Positions 54,164 through 64,000 of a stretch of 64,000 nucleotides of DNA are shown in pieces (positions within the stretch are counted from its first letter, which is position 1; each line of letters opens with the position of its first letter). Below the pieces are notes generated by a model. That model saw only the letters and a program-made list of their open reading frames with translations, searched no databases and had not been told where the DNA came from. The stretch is from Eledone cirrhosa. Taxonomy: Eukaryota. The stretch is taken from the NCBI GenBank assembly GCA_964016885.1, contig OZ024743.1, forward strand, positions 312,542,001-312,606,000, written 5' to 3'. The translations under genes and the position numbers were made by a program.

Positions 54164-56117
54164 TAATAATCATAACAATAATAACCAGAGAGATAATACA
54201 GGTGCACCAGTGATTTTCTAGCAGCCTTTAATCAAGTCATGCCAAATTATCTGTTTTGTTAATAATTATGATCAAATTAAAAGAGGTGTCAGACCATCAG
54301 GTGCTGGAAAACCAGTGTTGTACCTATACTTGTAACAACAAAAACTTCAAAATTTGGTGAGTCATGGGAAATTCAACTGTCCACCCAAAATTATGTCTAG
54401 ATTTAACACTTTTAATAACAACCTATCCAAAATTGCCTTTGATTTTATTAAATTAAGCTACCCATTTTAAAGGATTCCTACTTAAATTAAAAAAATCCAA
54501 CCTAATTTTTTTAAGGATCTTTTGTTAACTTATGTTACAGATGCCATCTTAATGATGATATAATTAATAAGTTTGTTAAGTTCCTCCAAATTCTTCATTA
54601 AATATATAATAAATATACAGTGTATATCATTAGAAATATGGTCTCAAAAAATTAAAGATTGCCTACACCCTCAGTTACTGGAAAATTGGTGTTATACCTG
54701 CACTAACAACAAAAACAAAGTCAACATCAATCACAGCAACAATTAAAACAATAGTCAACAAACAATGACTTCATAGTGATCGAGTTAACTCTCTGATACC
54801 AAACTGCTCCAAAGCACCCTTGATTCTAAGAAACAAAACTATTTATTTTAAAGTGATTATATTTATCTAATAACCTTCCAGCATAATTTTATGTAAAAAC
54901 CTTTAATTTTTGCTTCAAACATCAGCTAAACAATGAAAAAGTTAGTTATATTGCTAAACCCCTCTGAATTATTTCAAAATCACAGGCAGCGTTTTTCATT
55001 AGAAATATAGTAATGAAAGTGTTAAGTTATCTTCCAATCATCAGCTAAATAATTGTTTCTACTTTTGGCACAAGGCCAGCAATTACCCAGTGCATTACTG
55101 GTACTTTATTTTATCGACCCCGTAAGGATGAAAGGTAAAGTTAACCTCGGCGGGATTTGAACTCAGAATGGCAAGGGGCGTAACTCTATGCGTCAAAGCA
55201 TGGCGTCCGACCCTCTACCGATACTGCCATTATAATGAAAAAGTTAGTTGTATTGCTAAATCCCTCTCAATCACTTCAAAATCACAGACATTGTTTTTCA
55301 CTAGAAATACTGTAATGAAAGTGTTAAGTTATCTTCCAATCATCAGCTTAAAAATGAGAAAGTTATTTCACAAGATCTTTCCAAATTCTTGAGTTTTTCA
55401 AAATTAGTTGAAAATTACAGTCTGTCTTACATTAGAAATTTGATAATGAAAGGGAAGTTTAGTTATAGCACTAGATCCATCCAAATTCTTGATTATTTTC
55501 AAAATGCTGGAAGGCGTGCTTAAGGACTCTGCCCCCACGAGCCCCACCCCAAGAATAAGTGGGCAAAAAAGAAGAGGAAGTTTAAACATCAGATGTCATT
55601 GTCTTTTATTAGAAATATGATAATGAAAGGGTTAATTGATGCATGAAACCATTCTGTATTCTGGCAATAAAATAACATACCTGTGATCTGAAGAAATATA
55701 CTATGTTGATGTTGGTATAAAAATTACTGCATCGTGGCAGGCCAGCTGTTATGGGTAGGAGCTAAAGGCAACTGACAAATTCTACCTATAGTGCTATACC
55801 TTTTTATATTTAGGTGATCTAAATAAAGAAAAGGTTGATGGTGCTAGTGAATAACAACAACAGAGTGGGGGTGGGATGCCACATGGTTCCTCATATTAGA
55901 GGGAGGAACAGCATCATATTGGATTTCTTAAATTAGATGCTCTTAAGAAATAGCCAAGCATATAATGAAATAATCCAATAGGATGATTTTTATCTACCTC
56001 ATTCTTACGTAAGTATGTGTGTGTATGTGTGTGTGTGGTTTGTGTAGTTGTGATTGTATTTATGTGTGAATAATATGTGAATGTATGTTAGTGTGTGTGT
56101 ACCCATAACCATATATA

Positions 56118-56139
<22 letters not shown>

Positions 56140-56151
<12 letters not shown>

Positions 56152-56552
56152 CTCATATATATATATATATATATATTTATGTGAAGGCGTGTGGTTGAGT
56201 GGTTAGAGAATTGGATTCACAACTACGAGGTTGTGATTTCGATTCCCAGACCGAGCGACGCGTTTTGTCCTTGAGCAAGACACTTTATTTGTGACCGACA
56301 GATAGTATTAGCAATTGGAAAGACTAATGGAAACATTATTTCCTCAGACCGATTTGACAAGCTCCACCCCACTCGTTATGCGAATGAGGTCTGGGATCTT
56401 GTCGATCGACTATTGCTAATACTATCTGTCGGTCACAAATAAAGTGTCTTGCTCAAGGACAAAACGCGTCGCTCGGTCTGGGAATCGAAATCACAACCTT
56501 GTAGTTGTGAATCCAATTCTCTAACCACATAAATATATATATATATATATGA

Positions 56553-56565
<13 letters not shown>
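56140..56565. repeat. Foldback of a SINE head plus its flanking microsatellite
   Basis: 56199-56315 is the reverse complement of 56412-56528; symmetry continues into TA tracts (actcat / atgagt). Confidence 0.9.
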
Positions 56566-56631
<66 letters not shown>

Positions 56632-57447
56632 TATGGGCAAGCAAGCGTATTTATATATGTATGAGGATTGTGTGTGTTTGTATGTGTGTATGTGTGTGTT
56701 TGTATATGTTAATATTTGTGTTGTATGTGTCAGCATATGCTGAAGTGGATGTGTATCTGAGCCAAAGGGGGAGAGAGAGAATGGGGGTGGGAGGAGAAAG
56801 AAAGCAAGAGAGAAGAAGGAAAAGAGAGAAAAAGAGAGAAAAAGGGAGGGAGGGTGTGTGAGAGGGCCAGCAAGATTAGAGATATGAATAAGAAATAAAG
56901 AATTATGTAATATGAGCTATGCAGTATTGGACTGTACTCAAGTTATCAGACTATGACTATCTGCCCATGACTATCCCACGATAGGTTTTGTAACCAGTGA
57001 TGTTTATATCAACAAGGTGTGGTGGTGATGTGTGTGTATGAGGGATGATGTGTTAATATTGACATCACAATAAGGTACATCACTTCATTTATCATGATCC
57101 CACACTGTGATAGAGACATACATATATACATACACACATACATACATATATACATACACACATACACACATACATACATATACATGCATATATACATACA
57201 TACATATATATATATATATTATTATATATATATACATATATATATATACACACATATATATATATATATACATATATATACACACACACATATATATATA
57301 TACATATATATATATATTACATAGTTACATATACATACATATACATGCATATATATATATATACATATATATATACATACATATATACATAGATACACAT
57401 ACATACATACACACATACACACATACATATACATATATACACATATA

Positions 57448-57635
57448 TCAGAATGGAGGCGGTAAAAACCAGTTAGACCATTACTCACTGGAGTACTCGA
57501 TACTTGGGGTAGTAGAGGGGGTAATAAGAAACATTTAGGACCCCGACGGCTGAGCTCCTGCTGTTTCAACAGCTAGATCTGAACTAGCTGTTGAAACAGC
57601 AGGAGCTCAGCCGTCGGGGTCCCAATTTTTTCTTA
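57448..57635. mobile_element. T-shaped hairpin element, copy 2 (opposite orientation)
   Basis: Perfect 39 bp arms 57538-57576 / 57584-57622 with a 7 nt loop; tail shared with copy 1; microsatellite flanks. Confidence 0.8.
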
Positions 57636-57640
57636 CATAC

Positions 57641-57682
<42 letters not shown>

Positions 57683-58397
57683 TTACCCCCTCGTTATCAT
57701 GTATGGCCATTGCACGATATACTATTATTAATAATTATTAATTAATTCTATCGTGCAATGCCTGTGCGTGAAGATATTTTTTAAAGTGAGGAAAGACTGT
57801 GCACTGAGCCAATCCCACTCTCTGAGCGACAGTAGCTATAACCCGAAAAGAAGAAAAGATCAACATCATCAGTAACTACTGAGCCACAGGTTTTATATCG
57901 GAGTTATCCCAGTTTCCTAAGTTGCCTTCTCCTAGAAGAATGCCCTGACAAAGGCTAGGGGTCCTTCACTCCCAGTGGTTTAACCGGGTGGTACATGTGT
58001 ATATACATATTTACACACTTTTAGATGGCCGTTGACTCTTATGAGTTCTTCCGCCCTTGCATACATACACATATACATACACACACACAAATGTACTTGC
58101 ATACATACATATATACATACATTCATATGCATACACACACACAAACGTATATATATATATATTTGTTTTGCAAGGTTTTTTATATGAAATCTTGTGTCAA
58201 AATAAATATTGTTATACTTGGGAGGATCATATTGTTGTAATAATATTGCCAGAAATAATAACAGAACACACTAACTGTTTGATGGTTTTCGCTTCTGTGT
58301 CTTTTATATCTCCATAGTTAATTTATTTGGCAATCAACGTTTATCATTGATTGACCAACGGTTAAAAATACAGATATAAATATATATATATATATAG

Positions 58398-58443
58398 TCT
58401 ATCAAAGTTCTTTCGTTGCACATCTGCAACATCATCAGATAAA
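58398..58443 (-). ncRNA. Hammerhead-like motif, probably inactive
   Basis: tttat-CTGATGA-t-gttgcagatgtgcaac-GAAA-gaactt-TG-ataga; cleavage position is G; abuts (TA)n. Confidence 0.55.
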
Positions 58444-58974
58444 TAAAATGGCGTAGACATTACAATACAATACAATATAATAGGGGGAACATAATAATAG
58501 TACCACTGATGGTTAATGCACTTGCATCACAAAATTCAAGAAGCCTCACTCCTTCATTTCTTGAGCCATAACCGTGCCCACCATGTACCCCAGTTTATCC
58601 ATCCTGGAGCTGTCCAACATGACCATTGAAGTCCCCTGCTAGCATAGATGTCTCCATCCTCTGTCATTGTAGCTATCTATAAAAGTTGCTCGTAAAAGCA
58701 GTCTTTCTCTTCTTTACCTAGGCCTGCCTGGGGAGCATAGGCAGAGATGATTGTCAGTAGTTCCTGCCTACAACTAATCTAAGCTTAATTATTCTATTAC
58801 AAACTCTAACTAGCTCTATTGTCTTATCGATCCATCTCTCAGTCAGTAAAATGCCCACCCCCCACCTAACCCATCATCATTACCCACCCAGAAAAGTTTA
58901 TAACTAAGATGTCTGCCTGCGATTAGTCTTGCAGAGGCACCTCTCCATCTCACCTCTTGCACGCAGCACACATC

Positions 58975-61900
58975 CACAGTTTAGCTTATGTAGCTGCTAT
59001 TTTTGCACACATATGGACCCCCATGAGGTTCCCTTTATTTAGCTCCTATTTCTAGCATACCTATGGACCACAATGCATTTCCTTTTGTTTAGCTGCAAAG
59101 CTTCTATTTCTAGCACTACATTGGACCACTATGAGGTTCCCCTTATTTAGCTGCTAAGTGTGCTAGAAATAGCAGCTACATCAGCTAAACAGTCAAGATG
59201 TGTGTTAGAAATAGCTGCAAAATAGGGGGAACCACATGGTGATCCACAGGAGTGCTAGAAATAACAGCTAAATAGGTTGAACCTTATAGTGGTCCATAGT
59301 AGTGCAAGAAATAGCAGCTAATAAGAAGAAACTGCATGGATATCCATAGGTGTGCTAGAAATAGCATCTACATCAGCTAAACAGGGGAAACTCCATGTGC
59401 TAGAAATAGCTGCTATGTCTAGAACACATATGGACCGCCATGTAATATCCTCTAATTAGCTGCTATTTCTAGCACTGCTAAGGACCAAGATGAGGTTTAA
59501 CCTATTTAGCTGTTATTCCTAGCAATCTTGTCACCATCATGAGGATCCACCTATTTAGCTGCTCTTTCTAGCACACCCACAGACCACCATGCGATCTTTC
59601 CTATTTAGCTGCAATTTCTAGCACTCCTATGGACCACTATGACGTTCCTTCGATTTAACTGCTATGTAGACAAAAAGGAGCTTCCGTGTATTTAGCTGCT
59701 ATTTCTAGCACACCTATGGGCCATCATGAGGTTCTGCATTTTTAGCTGACGTAGCTGCTATTTCTAGCACACCTTTGGACCACCACGAGGTTCTCCCATT
59801 TTGCTGCTGTTTCTAGCATTCCTATGGGCCACCATGATGTTTCCCCTTTTTATCTGTTACTTCTAGCACACCAATAGGCCATCATGAGGTTCCCCCTGTA
59901 TAGCTGACGTAGATGTTATTTATAGTACATCTATAGACCACCATGAGTTTCTCCTTATTTAGCTGCTACTTCTAGCAGCCCTATGGATCACCGTGAAGTA
60001 TCTCTGATTTGCTGACGTATCCGCTATTTCTAGCACACCTTTGGTCAACAATGAGTTTCCCCTATTTAACTGTTATTTCTACCACTCCTATGGACCACCA
60101 TGACATTTTCCTCAATATAGCTGTAATTTCTACCACACCTATGGACGACCTCGAGGTCCCTCTATTTATTTGTTTTTTCTAGCACATCGATTGACTACAA
60201 TGAGGTTTCCCCTGTTTAGCTGATGTAGCTGCTATTACAAGCACACGTTTGGACCTCTATGAGGTTCCCCTATTTATTTGCTATTTCTAGCACACCTATC
60301 GACCAACATGAGTTCCCCTTATTTAGCTGATGTAGCTGCTTTTTCTAGCACACCTATTGCGTACCATGAGATTTTCCATTTTTAGCTGCTATTTCTTGCA
60401 AACCTATGGATCAACATGAAGTTTCGCCTATTTAGCTGCTTTTGCTAGCATTCGTATGGACTACCACGAGTTTCCCTCCTATTTAGCTGCAATTTCTTGC
60501 ACACCTATTAACTAGCATGAGGTTCCCCCTCTTTAGCTGCTATTTCTAGCACACCTATAGACCGTCATGTGGGTTTCCCTGTTCAGCTGATGTAGATGCC
60601 ATTTGTAGCTCACCTATGGACCACAGTGAAGGTTCCATCTATTTAGCTGCTATTTCTAGCAATCGTATGGATCAACATGAGTTCCCCTTATTTAGCTGAC
60701 GTAGCTGCCATGTCTCGCACACCTTTGAACCACCATAAGGTCCCCCCGATTTAGCTGCTATTTCTAACACTCCTAATGACCATCCAGAGGTTACTTCTGT
60801 TTAGCTGATCTAGCTGCTATTTCTAGCACAACCATGGACCACAATATAGTTCACCTGATTTAGCTGCTATTTCTACTTCTGCTGTGGACCACTATCAGGT
60901 TCCTCCTATTAACTACTATTTCTAGCACTTCTATGAACCACCATGAGGTTCCGCCTGTTTAGCTAATGTAGCTGCTTTCTAGCACACCTTTAGTCCACCA
61001 TGAAGTTTCCTCTATTTAGCTATTCTTTTTAGCACTAGTATAGATCACCATAAGGTTCAAACTATTTAGCTGTTAAGTTAGTATGTTTTGAAACAGCGAG
61101 AGAGTTTGAAATTAGCAAATAGATGCTTTCGTCGTATATTTTTACTAAAGAAATTTTAGTTAATTGTGGAGTCTAAAGCCGTCTAAGAAATGGGAAAATA
61201 TTAGTATATGTCAATACTCATCATTATCCATTTCTTATCAACGAAAATTTCTTTATTTCTATTTTCTAATATTTAGTTGTTATTTGTAGCACTCCTATGG
61301 ACTACGATAAGGTTCCTTCTATTTAGTTGCTATTTCTAGAACACCCATAGACCACTGTGAGGCTTTCACTATTTAGTTGCAATATCTAGCACACCTATGA
61401 CTACAATGAGGTTCCCCAAATTTAGTTGCTATTACTAGCACTCCAGTGGACCACCAAGAGGTTTCTTCTATATAGCTGTTATTTCTAGAAATGTTTAGTT
61501 GATGTAGCTGCTATTTCTAGCACACCTTTGAACCACAACGAGGTTACCCCCTATTTAGCTGCTATTCCTAGCATTATTATGAACCACCATGAGGCTACCC
61601 CTTTTTAGCTGCTATTTCTACCACACCTTTGTACCGCTATGAGGTTCCCCTATTTAACTGCTATATCTAGCACAACTATAGACCACTATGAACATTCCCC
61701 ATTTAGCTGCTATGCCCAGGACTCCAGTGGTTCACCATGAGGTTCCTTCTATTTGGCTGTTATTTCTAGCACACCTATGGACCACCTTGTGGTTCCACTT
61801 ATTTAGCTGCTATTCCTAGCTCACCTATGGACCACTATGAGGTTCCCCTTATTTAACTGACGTAGCTGGTATTTCTAGGACACCTCTGGACCAGCATAAT

Positions 61901-64000
61901 GTTCCCCATTTTAGCTGCTATTTCTAGCACTCCTATGGACCGCCATGAGGTTCCCCCTGTTTAGCTATAATTTGTAGCAATCCTATGGACCACCATGATG
62001 TTCACCCTGTTTAGCTGCTATTTCTAGCACACCCATAGACCAGCATGAGGTTTTCCTTATTTAGCTGCTATTTCTAGCGCACTTATGGACCAGGATGAGG
62101 TTTTCAGATTTAGTCACTATTTCTAACACTCCTGTGGACCACTATGAGGTTCCCTCTATTGAGCTGTTATTTCTAGCACACCAGTGGAAGACAATGCGGT
62201 TCCCTTATTTAGCTGCTATTTTACCACACCTTTCGACCACGATGAGGTTCCCACTGTTTAGCTGATCTAGCTGTTATTTCTAGCACACGTTTGGACCACC
62301 ACTATGTTCCCCCGTTTATTTGCTATTTCTACCACACCTATGGATCACCGTGAGATTTCCCCCAATTTTATTGCTATTTCTTGAACACCTATGGACCACT
62401 ATGAGGTTCAACTTATTTAGCTCAAGTTGCTGCTATTTCTAGCACATGTTTGGACCACCACAAGATTCCCCCTATGAAACTGCTATTTCTAGCACTTCTA
62501 TGAACAATGATGAGTTTTTCCCTGTTTAACTACTATTTCTAGCACACGTTCACCATGAGGTTACGCCTGTTTAGGTAATGTAGCTGCTAATTCTAGCACA
62601 CCTATTGCCACCATGAAGTTTCCTCTATTTATCCCTCTATTTCTAGCACTACTAAGGACCACCATAACGTTCAAACTATTTAACTGTTATTTCTAGCACT
62701 CATATAGACCACCATGTAGTTCCCCTATTTAGCTGCAATTTTTAGCATTTCTATGCAGCGTCATGAGGTTCCATCTATTTAGCTGTTATTTCTAACTCAC
62801 CTATGGACCACTATGAGGTTCTCCCTGTTTAGCTGACGTAGCTGCTATTTCTAGCACACTTATGGGTCACCATGATGCGTCTCAGTTTATCTGATGTAGA
62901 TGCTATTTCTATCACAGCTATGGACCACCATAGCTGCTATTTCTAGCACACTACGTCAGCTAAACAGGGAGAACCAGTTTAGCTTATGTAGATGCTATAT
63001 CTACCACACCTATGGAATACCATGATGGACCACCATAAGGTCCCCCCTATTTAGCTGTAATTTTTAGCATTTCTATGCAGCGCCATGAGGTTCCTTCTAT
63101 TTAGCTGTTATTTCTCACTCACCTATGAACCACCATGAGGTTCTCCCTGTTTAGCTGGCGTAGCTGCTATTTCTAGCACACCTTTGAACCACCATAAGGT
63201 TCCTCTTAATTAGCTGCTATTTCTAGCATTCCTATGGACACCCATGAGGTCCCCCCTGTTTAGCTGATTTAGCTGCTATTTCTAGCACACTTATGGACCA
63301 CCATGAGGTTGTCACTGTTTAGCTGATGTTGCTGCTATATCTAGCACAGCTATGACCCAATATGAACTTCCCCCTATTTAGTTGCTATTTCTAGCACACC
63401 TAAAAAAAGCAGCTAAATACGTGGAAACCCATGGTGGTGTGCTAGAAATAGCTGATAAAAAGGGGACCACATAGTGGGTCATAGTTGTGCTAGAAATAGC
63501 AGCTACATTAGCTAAACAGGATAATCTTATAGTGGTCCGTAGGTGTACTAGATATAGCAGCTAAATAAAGGGAACCACATAATGGTCCATAGGTGGGCCT
63601 GAAATAGTAGCTACATCAGCTAAACAGTTGAAACCTCATGGTGGCTCATAGGTGTGCGAGAAGTAACAGCTAAATAAGAGAAACTCATGGGGGTCCATAT
63701 GTGTGCTAGAAAAAACAGCTAAATAGGAGAAACCTCATGGTGGTCCATGGAGTGCTAGGAATAGCAGCTAAATATGGGGAACCTTATGGTGGCCTATAGT
63801 TATGCTAGAAATTACAGCTACAGAAGATAAACAGGGAAACCACAGGGTGGTACATAGGAGTGCTAAAAATAGCAGCTAAATTGAGGGAACCTCATGGTGG
63901 TCCATAGGAATGATTTAAAAAGCAGCTAAATAGGGGAAAACCTCATGGTGGTTCATAAGTGTGCTAAAAATAGCAGCTAGATCAGCTAAACAGGGGGAAC
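58975..64000. repeat. Diverged satellite array, ~49 bp unit (~58 bp with optional GA(C/T)GTAGCT)
   Basis: Consensus TTTAGCTGCTATTTCTAGCACACCTATGGACCACCATGAGGTTCCCCTA; runs off the window end. Confidence 0.97.

Noticed and set aside
54932-55350. ~117 bp direct repeats flanking a SINE as a giant TSD
   Set aside because: The repeats differ from each other more than the SINE differs from its sister copies; an older tandem duplication with a later insertion fits better
58975-64000. CRISPR-like array
   Set aside because: The whole unit is homologous between copies, there are no unique spacers or cas genes, and the context is eukaryotic

Overview
AT-rich, microsatellite-dense animal (eukaryotic) DNA; the SINE/RTE repeat families and (TA)n/(CA)n density resemble octopus/cephalopod genomes (inference). 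I see no convincing host exon. Almost all ORFs in the track are microsatellite artefacts or decayed transposon frames. The window is a mosaic of decayed non-LTR retrotransposons (Dong/R4-like, CR1-like, RTE with PHD finger, Penelope-like GIY-YIG), Helitron/Helentron pieces, tRNA-derived SINEs, hAT- and piggyBac-like MITEs, and a ~5 kb satellite of ~49 bp units at the right end. The most notable layer is a set of minimal type I hammerhead ribozymes: 5 with canonical cores, 2 with single cleavage-site defects and several degenerate ones. They sit in Penelope-like ends and in non-coding, often palindromic elements beside (TA)n tracts. These include a TSD-flanked 424 bp retrozyme-like unit whose structure implies a circular or multimeric RNA template. 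Also present are a 658 bp spacer-less palindrome and a two-copy family of T-shaped hairpin elements whose arms covary. Element boundaries are read by eye and approximate.
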